Assembly: GCA_004431415.1 (NCBI GenBank)
Contig: QPMI01000549.1
Span: forward strand, 62,001 to 126,000
Reading direction: 5' to 3'
Origin: Cyanophora paradoxa CCMP329
Taxonomy: Eukaryota; Plantae; Glaucophyta
DNA length: 64,000 nucleotides
Part shown: positions 38,870 to 50,200 of the stretch, piece after piece
Numbering within the stretch: the first letter of the stretch is position 1
Layout: every line of letters begins with the position of its first letter
Translations under genes and position numbers: made by a program
The notes under the pieces: generated by a model
The model's database searches: none
Told to the model about the DNA's origin: nothing
Seen by the model: only the letters and a program-made list of their open reading frames with translations

Positions 38870-39990
38870 GCTAATATAGGCGACAAAATGCAGTAATGAA
38901 GATTGCGGGACGCGGTAAGCTAGCTCGCCTGGAGTGGCCCTGCACATGTAGTTTCGACTCGAAGTGTTTTTTCCGACTCGGAGGATCGATTCGCTTTCGT
39001 GCAGTTCGAATATTAATTTGAATTCTCCGACGTCGTGTTCGATCTCGCGACTCGCGAGTCGCGAATCGCGATCGCGTATCGTGATCTTTGCAATTGCAAG
39101 TCCGCGACTCGCGGGCCGACTCCGGATCCCGGGCGGATTCCCGGCCGACCCGGGCCGACTCCCCCGGCCGAGTCGCCGAGTCGACGCCGACTCGTGCATC
39201 GATAGCATGATCAATGATCATGGATTCATGATCATGATCAGTGCATGCATGCGCCGCGGCGCATGATCGATCGCGTTGCATCGATATCGGATGATTCGAA
39301 TTCGGATCGCGATCGCCGAGTCGATCGCCGATCGGCGCGCGCGGATCGATGATCGGAGTAGTCCGACGGTCCGGGAGTACTAGTACTAGTCTGCCTGCGC
39401 CGCGCGCGGCCCGCGCGCGGACCGTCGGACTCTCGGATCCGGAGTCTCGGAGACTCGGAGAGTGGCTGGCGGCGCAGGCCCGCGTAACACGGTACCCAGC
39501 TCGACCGTCGGACGGTCTTATCATCTCGCGCAGCCGCGCACGGCGGCGCACCGCGGCCGTGTGTCTGTCCAGCTGGTGTCACAGTGTACCGCCGGTAGCC
39601 TAGTAGGCTGTAGCAACTTACTAGCAAGCGGTATACGTAGGCTGCTGCTGGAGCACGCGCGCGCGTCGTTCCGCGGCCGGTTGTGGCCCGCGCCGGTGGA
39701 CCGGAGCGAAGATTGGTGAATCGGTCGCAAGCAGCTGCGGTCCAGCTCGCGCGGGGAGCGGAGTCGGAGTCGGAGACAAGTCGGATCGATATCCGGAGCG
39801 GCTAGCTATAGCGCTCCTCGCGCGCGCGCACGGCGTGGCTCCTCGAGCTTGCAGTCGTATCATTTCAGTTTGCAGTATACATACGACTACTACGATAGCA
39901 GCCGGTCTCGCGATATCTGCAGACTTCGATAGACTGATCATGATCATGAGAGATATCGATCTAGAGCGCAATTGCAAGCTCAAGGCCGCG
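38870..39990. repeat. Dense palindrome-chain tract
   Basis: Examples: tcg-cga-tcg, ttg-caa-ttg-caa, tca-tga-tca-tga, ttc-gaa-ttc, agt-act-agt-act-agt, gat-atc-gat. Confidence 0.85.
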
Positions 39991-40287
39991 GATCCCGGAA
40001 AACGCGCGGGCCGTCTCTCCGCCGTCCGCGGCAGGGCCCCGCCCAAGCTTCAGGCCTACAGGTGCTCAATGCATCCGCGGCCTGTGCTTGCGATCGCTCC
40101 GCAGGCTGAAACTCCAGCCCCCAGCTGCAGGTCCAGCTCGTGCATGCATGTGTTCGGAATTCGAAGCTCGCGGCCGCGGCCGGCCGCGGAGTCGAAGGGC
40201 GCCCTCGCGGCGGCGGCCCTTGGCCTAGGCCTGAACCTTCTCACCGCTTTGTTCGTTTTCGGTGCGCTGGCGCCTGTCGCAGTGCGC

Positions 40288-43200
40288 ATGCAGGGCCCCC
40301 TAGGCCTCCTCCTCGCTCTCCTTCTTTGCTGCGGCCATTGACTCCTCGGCCTCCTTCGAATTCTGCTCGCGATTGCAGCCCTGGCAGGCGCGGCCGGTGC
40401 GGCGGCGGCCGCCGAGTCGGTCCTCACGGCGCCCTCGATTCCCATCGGCGCCTCCAGGTTCTGCGTTGGTGCGCATGCAGTGCACGTGCTGGCTCTCCTC
40501 TATATATAGCTAGATATCCGAAGTTCAAAGTTCGCAATCGGAACTGATCTCATTTAATTATATTTCATGCAGGCGGCCCGGACCTTCGGCAGCCGGGTGA
40601 TGCTGCAGGCCCAGGCGGAGTCAGCAGCGACCGCCTCCCAGGTGCGCGCCGCCCTCGAGCTCGCCGCGCCTCTCCTTTCCTCTTCTGACCACCCGCGCAG
40701 TGTTCAACATGGACCCGTCTTCTACCGAGGCCAGCGGCACCAACGCGTACTTTAACAGCCCATTCTGCGCGCACGAGCCAGTTTCTGTCTGACCGTGAAC
40801 TCCGAATTTTAAACTGAATTCGAAGCGGCGCGCAGCAATGGCTTTCGACCCCACGGACGGTGCACGATTCCAGGCTTCGCAATATATGTCACTTCCATTT
40901 GTTGATGCAGGCGCAGGGAGCCTGTACGTCGGAGGATACTTTCACATCTGGAAGATCAACGGCTCGTGCCACGCCAAGACCATCTTCGGGTCGACGGGCT
41001 GCTCCGGATTAAGCGGTGGGCCCAGCGACATCGACGCCTGGGGTCCTTCACTTAATGACGATATAACCAACTACGTGGGGCCGAACATCGCGACGGGCGC
41101 GCCCGCGGCCGGCGCGGCTCCCGTGCCAGCGATGGGAGTGTGCCTCCCGTACATCACGGGGCTCGCGCTCGGCACGCTCTATTCTAACCGGCTCTACTTT
41201 GTGACTGGCTCGGCGAACCTGTATTCGGACAGCCCGAGCGGACGCTTCGCCCGAATCTTCTACCTGGATCTGGTCGCTGGCACCGTCGGGACCCTGTGGG
41301 AGCAGCAGGGGGCGTACGAGCTGCGCGCGCTCGCGACCAAGAACGACAAGGTCTATTTCGTGAAGAGCACGTCGGTCGACCTGCTACCTGCTTATCCTCC
41401 GACCGTTACGACGACAACGCTCGAGTACGTCTTCGAGAACGGCACGTCGGCTTCTTCGACGCACGTCGACGTTTTCAACGCGCACAACGTCTTCGTCGTC
41501 CCGAACGGCCTCGCGGTGGACCCCGACAAGGACGTCTTCTACATCGCGGGCTGGGGGGCCAAAGCCGCCACCAAACCTTTCTCCTCCAAGCCGACTGTCG
41601 ACCACGTTCCTGCCGTCTGGAAGGTGACTGTTTTCCCCCGAAGCCGCCTTTTCGAAAACGCGTAGTATCGATCGATCGGCGGCAGGTCGATCTCAGCCGG
41701 TCATCCTCGGAGCTCGACGCGGTCGCAGGGCTTTCTTCGGCCCCAAATTACAGATGGACCAAGCTGGCGACCGGGCCGCTCGACCTCGCTTTCCCCCTCG
41801 GCATCGCACTCTTCAGGAGCTCCTCCTTGTGCGTCCGCGATTTGAAATCGAATATGTCCTTGGGTCGACGTCATTGTGTCTCATGCATAGGAGTTTGACT
41901 GCCGCTCACGCTGGGATCCGATCCCTTCAGGAGGCCGATGAAGCGGCTGTACGTGGCCTGGGCAAGACACGTCCGCACCGTTTCAGAAGGCGCCGCTGGC
42001 GAGACCCTACAACCCGCCGATTGGACAATCTCATCGTACGACCCGCTTCAAGGTCTTCGATATATGCCTTTGCAACATGATATCGATGCGTATCGAGATC
42101 GGTGACCGTCGGACACCGATCGCAGGCGACAGGCTGATGCGCATCGAGGTCGTCGACACCGTTCCAGCGTGCGCCTTTCCTCTAAATCTTTTGATGATCA
42201 GCCGGGGACATGTACATTGCTCATGCATATTCGTACCGTCGACGCCGATTTCTAGGCCTGCCGAATTTCCGACAGTGGACGCGTTCACGAGATTGGGCGG
42301 ACCTGCAAACCCGCGGGCAACCGCGGACAGCTACGACACTACTTTCACACACTCGACGGTGGGACTCGCTGCGGCCGAAGTGAACGGCTTTCCGTACATC
42401 TTCGCGTCGTGGTCTGGCAGCGATGCGACCTGGACCTCACTCTACACGACGTGCGCGCTCAAGTCCTCGAACCGCGCCAGCTCGCGCCGGCTGGGTCTAA
42501 CGCGCCGAGCCCTATGATCAGGCGCCCCGCCGTCTGCGACGTCTCCCCCAACGCCGAAACCTACGACTGCGCCGTCCTGGCCAGCGTGCTGGCGGGCAAG
42601 GGCGTGCCGCCCGCCCCCCAGTCGCCGGCTTCCACGATCTGCCCCGCGTGGAATTGCTCCGGCGCCGTCGCCGCCGTCCCGCTCACAGCCACCTACAAGG
42701 TGCCCTCTAGATCTCAGACAGAAGAGCTCTGGATCCTGCGCGGCTCACCCGTACGCGCGGCGCAGGTGCAGTGCCCGCCGAACGTGACCATCGCGCGGGT
42801 GGGCCCTGTGCCCGGCAGCGGCCTCTGCGGCGCACGCATGCCCGACCTGCGCTACCTCATCACTCTCTCCACGGGGCAGTGTGCGTCTCTCTAGAACGAG
42901 TCCGTATTCTGGTGCTGATGGTTAATGTTCATATTTGTGCAGCGTGGAACTCGCCTGGAGGCCCCATCATCACGCAGTACCCCGAAGTCGACGCCCTCCT
43001 CCTGCCCGACCCGCGCACGGCCTCTCCCTCCGACGAGTGGGCGGCGGCGGCGGGCGCGGGCCCCTTCGGCAAGTACACAGCGAACTTCACCGTCGAGAAC
43101 AATTCCGGGCTCGGCCCCACCGGCAGCTGCTCCTTCGACGTCTACGTGACCGACGAGTCGGGCCCCTGCCTGGACAATGCCTGTCCGCCCCGCGAGGTCG

Positions 43201-44022
43201 ACGCCCCTCTGCCAGTGGGCGCCTGCTCCGCTCCCTTGCCGAATCTGAAGGAGAACATGACCTTCGGAGCGGCGGACTGCATGCGGGCGAGGCCCTTCGC
43301 CGCCACTGAGTACGAGCAGCTGCCCGCTGCAGTGCGCACATTTTCGCTTTCCCTGCTGTCGCTGGAACTGCGAGAGCTCACACGCTCGCTCGCACGTTAA
43401 CAGGACGCGACGTCGGTGGCGATCGAGCAGCCCGTCGACGTCACGCTCCGCCACCGCTCGTACCCGTCCGGCGACGCGTGCCGCGTTCGGTACTCTTTGT
43501 TCCGGGCGTCGCCGCCGTCGCTCGTGGCCGGGCCGCCCTCCCTCGCGCGCATCAACGCGACGGCAAACGCGAGCGCTGCCCCCGTCAACGTCACTTTCCC
43601 GTGCGCCCTTGTGGCCCCCCCAAATTAGCTCGACGAGCGCTGCTGACCGCCGCGTTCGACGAAGGTGGAACCTTGGCGGACAGAGCATGTGCGCGGACGT
43701 GCCTCAGAGCTGCAAGCTCAGGGTCCCGGGTGCCTCGGAGGGCCTCTGGGCCGTGTCCGAGTCGGATCCCCTCCACGTGCTCTCCCTCTCCCCCGTCGTC
43801 CCCGACCTCGGGTCCGTCTTTTCGTCTTTGCGAAAACGGCGTATCTCGCGATCGGTTCCCTAACGTTTGCTGCGCAGGCCCGGCGTGCTCCGCAAGTACG
43901 CCGTGACGCTCTCGTGCCGCTTCAACACGGCGGCGGGCGCCGCCGTCCCGCGCTACTCCGTGGCGACCTCGTGGACTGTCGAGGTCGTGGCTACAGGCGA
44001 GGGGCCCGCGGCGCTCCCGTAG
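40288..44022 (+). CDS. Secreted protein: signal-like N-terminus, NHL/SMP-30-type beta-propeller, HYR-like Cys domains (5' end uncertain, possibly disrupted)
   Basis: Hydrophobic leader (LLAIAALAGAA); propeller blades (AMAFDP, PNGLAVDPDKDVFYIA, FPLGIAL); HYR-like repeats (CPPNVT...CGARMPDL...TQYP...FTV.N.SG...SCSFDVYVTD...CPP). Stop at TAG 44020-44022. There is an in-frame TGA at ~40339. Confidence 0.55.
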
Positions 44023-44246
44023 AAACTGGGCACTGTAAAACCGACGCATCGCCCATTCTACTGATCCCTAGATGTAGTCAGGATAGGCCTAGGCCTAAAC
44101 GGCTGTTTTTTATAGCTTCGTTATATCATTTTTAGGACCCGACTCGAAGCCCAAATTTCACAATTGCAATTTGCAAGCTTATGTAGGTTAAGTTCCGTCT
44201 GAAAAATGTCTTTTCAATGCGCGCTGCCCCGGCTCCGCCTAGGGGG

Positions 44247-45707
44247 CTAGGCCTCGGGCGCGGGCGCGACGGGCGCGGCCTCGGCCCCAGCCGCGGGCTC
44301 CGCCGCTACCGCGGGCGACGTGGGGTCTGGGGGGAGGCCGAGGGCGGCGTGGAGGGCGGCGAGGGGCCCCGCGGCCCCCGCGCCGACCCCCGCCAGCCTC
44401 CGGTACTCGTCCGACTCCAGCACCTCCGCCGCCCTCGCCCGCAGCCGCCCCGCCGCCGCCTCCCGCACCTGCGAAGATTAAATGAAATAAAGAAGATCGG
44501 GGCGGGCCATCATCCCCGCGCCTTGGCGGCGGCGGCGGTGTCGCCGAGGGAGCAAGCGGTGTCGAGCACGGCGAGGAGCAGGCCGGGGGCGGCGGCGGCG
44601 GGGGCGGCCCCGGGCGCCGCCAGCAGCTCCGCCGCCCTCGCGCAGAGCGCCGGCACGCCGTAGTAGTCCGCCGCCTGCGCGAGGGGTCCCGGGGTGCGTG
44701 AACATAGTTTTTCGGGCCTCTCAAATTAAAGCTATCATAATTAGAAGCCGTAGAAAGCCAGCGAGTTGGATCGGATAAGGAGCTCGCTCCTGGACGAGCT
44801 CAAGAAGGGCCTCAGCCGCCGGCATGTCCCGGTCGTCACTGGTTACCTGGTCGCCGTCGACTCTTAGCTTGATTTAAAAAAGGTGGTTCGCTCTTAGAAC
44901 TCGGAATATTTCCCCCAGAACAGAACACGTGCGCGGGCCTCGAGGCTGCCGGTGTACAGGAAGCAGAGGAGCGAGAGCGTCGCGCCGGCACTGAAGCCTT
45001 TGAAGCCGACCTCGACCTCCGCCGCCGCCGCCTCCGCCAGCTGCAAATATTTAATAGCCCGTAGATTCAATGGCCAGTCGCGATCGAGCAATACATGTAC
45101 AAGTGATTTATAAGCATTCCGCGCACTTGCAGGCCGTTCTTGAAGTACTCGGTGCGCATCTGAACGCGAAGAATAAATTCAATAAATTCAGCCTGGCAGC
45201 GCCCGGCGCAGTTGCGAGGAATGAATTCGCGGGCGAACCCTCAAGTACCAGAGGTGCGCGGGGATGCGGGCGGCCGCCCCGCCGCCCTCGCCGGGGCAGA
45301 CGAGGGTGACGTCGGGCGGGAGGCGGCAGGCCGCCCCGTTGCGCTCGACGCACGCGAGGCGGAAGAGGCGGCAGTCCTCCTCCAGGTGCTCCGGATCCTG
45401 CCCCGGGCGCAGCTGCGAGACGACCAGTCGCATCTCCGCGAGTTTCCGCTTCAGGAGGCTGGCACCGTTCTCTGAATATGCGAGCTCCCGTTCGAGGAGT
45501 GCGATCTCCGCCCGCAGCGGGGCTTGCGCCTGTGCGGTCTCCCTGCTCTCCTCCGCCTCTCGCTGCGCCAGAATATATAATTGGCTTGATGTGCTTGCGG
45601 TAGCGGTCAAAATGCTTGGCCCGGGCGTGTTGAAAAGCGCCTTGCTCAGTGCGAAACTGCTTCCCACACTCGCACCAAGGGCATTCCCAGTACGAGGTGT
45701 GCTCCAT
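44247..45707 (-). CDS. C2H2 zinc finger + coiled coil + BTB/POZ protein (frameshifted as sequenced)
   Basis: C2H2: CECGKQFRTEQGAFQHARAKH. BTB: PDVTLVC...IPAHLWYLR/MRTEYF...FSAGATLSLLCFLYTG...AADYYGVPAL. There is a frameshift at ~45575 (att-atat-att). Confidence 0.7.
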
Positions 45708-46271
45708 TGAATATTACCAATATTCTCGCAGTAACACTTTAGATTTCTATAGCTACGGTGGGCTTCTAGAAGCCGGGCGGGGCCGGTTGCAGTTTGCGAA
45801 TTCGGTCGAAATTAGCTCCGATGCATATGATTCAATTTTGGTCGGAAGTCCCCTTTGCCCCCCCCCCCCCCCCCCCCCCCATGGCCACCCCCCCTCTCTT
45901 TCCCCCAACCTGCATCGGCCGCTCAGTATAAATTTTGCCGCCGTGCATGATCCCCTTCCAATCCTCCTCGAGCTCTCCGTTTTGAAGGTGCTGTCTGTCT
46001 CGGCCTTCACTGGACATTAACAGCTAGACAGATCGACGTCGACAGATTTATTACAGCAATGGTATTATACTACCATATGCATTGCTAATCTAGATCCCAC
46101 CTTCCACATCATGGTAAGACGAGCAGGGGGCGCGGACGAGTCGAAGACCTTGTACACTACTGTACTATAGCTACCGAATGAATAAGATATTAGCGAAAAA
46201 TTAAATGTATTCGAGGGCCCAATCGGCAATCGCCCCGATCAAGCCGGAGTGCAGAGCACGTGCACGGGGCC

Positions 46272-47215
46272 TCACATCCCGAGCGCGAACGCCGCCGCGG
46301 CCCCAAGAATTGCGGCGAGGCCGGCGAGGAGCGGGCCCTTTGCGGCCGCGGCGCCTGTGGGCGAGTACGGCACGCCCGATCCGACCTTGGACGCTGGGCG
46401 GGGAGATTAAAGGGCGCTGGCCACGGCTATCTAGTCTAGGGAGGGGGGTGGGCGCACGGGCGAGGGCGCGGGTGATGGTGGAGCCGGTGACGTTGAAGCC
46501 GGGGATGCTGAGTGCGTTCGAGGCGGCCAGCGCCCGCAGCTGCGTCTCGATCGTCGCCAGCGACTTGGAGGCTGCCCGGCCCGCCCGCGACCGCGATCAG
46601 TCCCCGAGACGACATGGCAGAGAGAGGCGCGCGCGCGCGAGGCGGGCGGGGCGCGGACCGGCGGCGCTTCCGCCGAGCGCCTCGACGATGAGCGTCGTGA
46701 TCTCGAGGGAGGTCGCCCGCAGGCTGCGCCGCCGCGAGCTCTTCTCCTTCACGTCCGTCACGAAGATGCGGTCCTTGTTGACGGGCGGCGGCGGGTCGCT
46801 CAGCGCGGCCGCAATGCCCTCAATGTAGTTGGCCTGCGCAGCCCGGTTGAGGCTCTGCAGCTAGCGCTGCAGCTACCGCAGGAGCGGGCGACGCCTGCCG
46901 CCGGCGCCGCCCTCTTCGCACACTCACGCGCCTCGGTCTCCGCGTCGAAGTTTTTGGCGGTGGCGTTCTTGCCGCCGGGCAGCTGGGAGAGGGTGACGAC
47001 GAACTCGACGGCGTTGACGCCCGCTGTCACGTTCTGCGCCGGCGTCGCCTTCGGCTTCGAGGCTGCCGCGCCGCGGGATCAGCTGCAGCGTGCGCGGCGC
47101 GCTCGCAGCGGGCGGCCGCTGCCGCGTGCGGGCTCACTCGGGGTCGGAGCCGCCGGGGTGAGAGTGGCGGGCGAGGGCGAGGGGCTCGGGCTCGGGCTCG
47201 GCGAGGGGGTCGCGC

Positions 47216-47246
<31 letters not shown>

Positions 47247-50200
47247 AGGGGAGGGGGACGGAGTGGGGCGCGCGCAGCGGCCGGCCGTGGGCGTCGGGAA
47301 GTTGCCGGTGGCGAAGAGGGTGAAGAGGGCCGGCCCGACGCTCGCGGCGGACGCGAAGGTCGTCACGTTGACGGAGACGGTGTGCTTGCCGCGCGCCGAC
47401 GCGGGGAGCGCGATTTGCTCCACGACGTTCAGGTTGTCAGGCCCCTGCATACAAGCGACGATCACGAAAGGTGTGAGGTGCGGCCGCAAGAGAAGGCTAG
47501 GACGAGAAGGCGGATCGTCGCACGGTCCCGCCATTCGGGTAGTGCTTTTTGCCCGTCTCCAGTTCCTGATCATGATCGAAGGGAAAGTAAAGATTAATGC
47601 ACGTTCGCAAACGTCGACTAGATAGCGGACCTCGACGGTCAGGTCCATGTCGTTGACGAGCACCACTGCTGCTGCTGGTTCGCCAGCGGGGTCGAGGTAG
47701 ACCTGTGAGACGTGCACGCGCACGTGTGTCACCGACACCGACGATGATGAGGGCGCAAGCAATTCGCAAATATAATATGAGAACATCGCAAAGAGCGCAC
47801 GAGGGTGGTGCGGAAGGGGGCGGCGCCGCCGTCCTGCCCCGTCAGGTCGACGCAGAACTCGAACGCGGTCCCGAGGTTCGCGGCCGTCACGTTCCTCTCG
47901 TGGAACCACATCCTGGGAAAGGAAGGTAAGCATTTTGCCTGGGTGCAATCGTGTAATAGATACAGGGCAGCTCGAAATGGAAGTCTCGAGGCGCACGAGA
48001 ATTTGGAGTCGGCGAAGCGCAGCGAGTTCGCCGCGATGGGCTGCCCCCATCCCTGGTACCTGGCGAGCGAGCGGGGCCGTTTCAGCGCGCCCCCGCCCAG
48101 ATCTAGAGGCGCGCCAGGCCAGGCGCACTTGTCAGGCTTCGCGGTCTGCAGCGGGACGGCCGCGTAGCCTGGTTCCCCGTCGGTGACCTCCCCGCCGAGC
48201 ATGCGGGCCCCGTTCGTCAGAACCGCGCGGATGAGCGCGCTCGAAGGGGAGAATCCGTTCGAGGCAGTCTGCAGAGGTCATTCATAAGGATTAGCTATAG
48301 TAATAATGTCGAACGGCGCGGTGTGCATGTGCTCGAATTCGAAGATGCTCAAAATGATGAAAACCGAACCTTGGAGCCCGTAGGGTAATATCTGATCGCC
48401 GTGAAGTGTCAAATCATGAATTCATGAATCTAGATGCTTAAAATGCATGCGCAGCCCGGCAGCACGCACCCATCCACGAAATACTGGCGCACGAGCGTAG
48501 CGAGCCCCGCCAGCTGCGACGAAGGCGTTTCGATCAATATTGTAATCACTATTCATGCACACTGCTCATCATCACAAGGCTCACCGCGGGGGTCGCCATC
48601 GATGTTCCGGATTTATTCACAAGCGCTGGCTTGACGGCTGGCGTGCCCGGGGCATCTGAAGGACGTCGCACGAACAAGTCCCGATCAGTTGAGACCTAGA
48701 GCCATGCAGTTGCGATTCCGCGGCCGCGCACATGGTGAGCACTGATTCGTCCTGCGACCGCCGGACGTAAATGAAATAACAATTAGAAAAAGGTAGACTG
48801 CGCATGCAGTGCGGCGCGCGATGAGAAGGAGCCAGCGAGGCGCACGTCCAGTTGCGGTCCGAGTACGCTGACACGATCGCGTAGCCCGGCGCCTGCGCAC
48901 GCACGTCGCGGTCGCACGTGCACGCGTGTTTGAGCTGCTGCCGATTGAGCCGAGGAAATAGATATCGATGCGGACCACCAGATCCGGCTGCACGCATGAT
49001 CACATGGTTATTGAATGGTATGCCAAAGATGACGCGTGCAAGGGATAATACACGAAATCGCCAACCTTGATGCGCCCATCGAAAGTAGGACCGCGAGATG
49101 AGAAATCTGCATCGAAAAACAATCAACCATGCAATGCCGTTCACACAAACAATAAGCGAAGCGAAGTCTTGTCTTTATCCTTAGCGAATGTCTTTATCCT
49201 TAGCGAAGCAGCGAAACTTGCTGCAGGACATTGCGACGACGTCGACAGGGGGCTCGCGCACTGGCGATATTGCTCTGGTTGTTCGCGTTTGTGTCATTCC
49301 GATCCCCGCAACACCGGGCTGCGCATGCCCGCAGGTGCGTGTTCGACGTCGCGGATGGGGGCATCGCAGATACACACAAGTTTTTTAATTCGATTTCACG
49401 CCCGCGCACCTCTTGGCCATCCCGTCAAAGTGGTGGTTGCGCAGTCTACGCTCTTGTTGACGCATTCCGCATCTGCTCAAAACAACGCAATCAGAGGCTA
49501 AAATTAGCCAAGCGATGAGTCCGAGGCCGTACAGTAAGCTGAGGAGAATTTTCCGAGGGTGCTCCAAGCCTGCATAGAGTTGAACGAAGCGCCGACAGCG
49601 ATGCAGTTCTTGCACGTGGCGGGCTGCGGCACCACACAAAAAGGATCACGCGTATTACTTCCCGCACGGCGCGGCTGGAATCTGAACTTTAAGACCACAG
49701 CGAAGCTCGCGCACGGCTGAGACAGTGCCCTCGGCCGCCCCCCCATCTCCATCGTTTCCGACCGCGACGAGCACCAGGAGGTCCTGATCATGAAGGCAAT
49801 TACAACAAGTGTCGAGGGCCGGGGCCGGCTTGCCACGGCCGCGCTGACGGCCGCGGCCACATGCAGAGAGCAGAGCCTGTGCTGATCACGACGCACCTGG
49901 TTTGTGAACGAAAAGAAATCGACGCCCTTCGTGTCTGAGTCGTAACGATTGCAACTGTTTGTGCGGGTTTTCTGTCACTCCGAACCGAAACCGCGCGCGC
50001 GTGCAACACGCGAAGGCAAGACAAAAGGCTCACCTGGTTCTATTGGTATCACTTGGGCCGCAGCCCCACTGATTGGAGCGGGAGGGGGGGAAGAGAAGGG
50101 GAGGGGGCGGGGGGAGGGGGAGGGGAAGCGGAGGGGGAGAAAGAAAGGGAGGGGTTCGGGGCCGGGGTGGGGGGTGGGGTGGGGGGGGGGGGGGGGGGGC

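Noticed and set aside
6900-39990. Cloning-vector polylinker contamination (dense restriction sites)
   Set aside because: The sites are scattered through introns, exons and spacers, follow the X-rc(X)-X rule, and differ between paralogs, so they are not a vector multiple cloning site.
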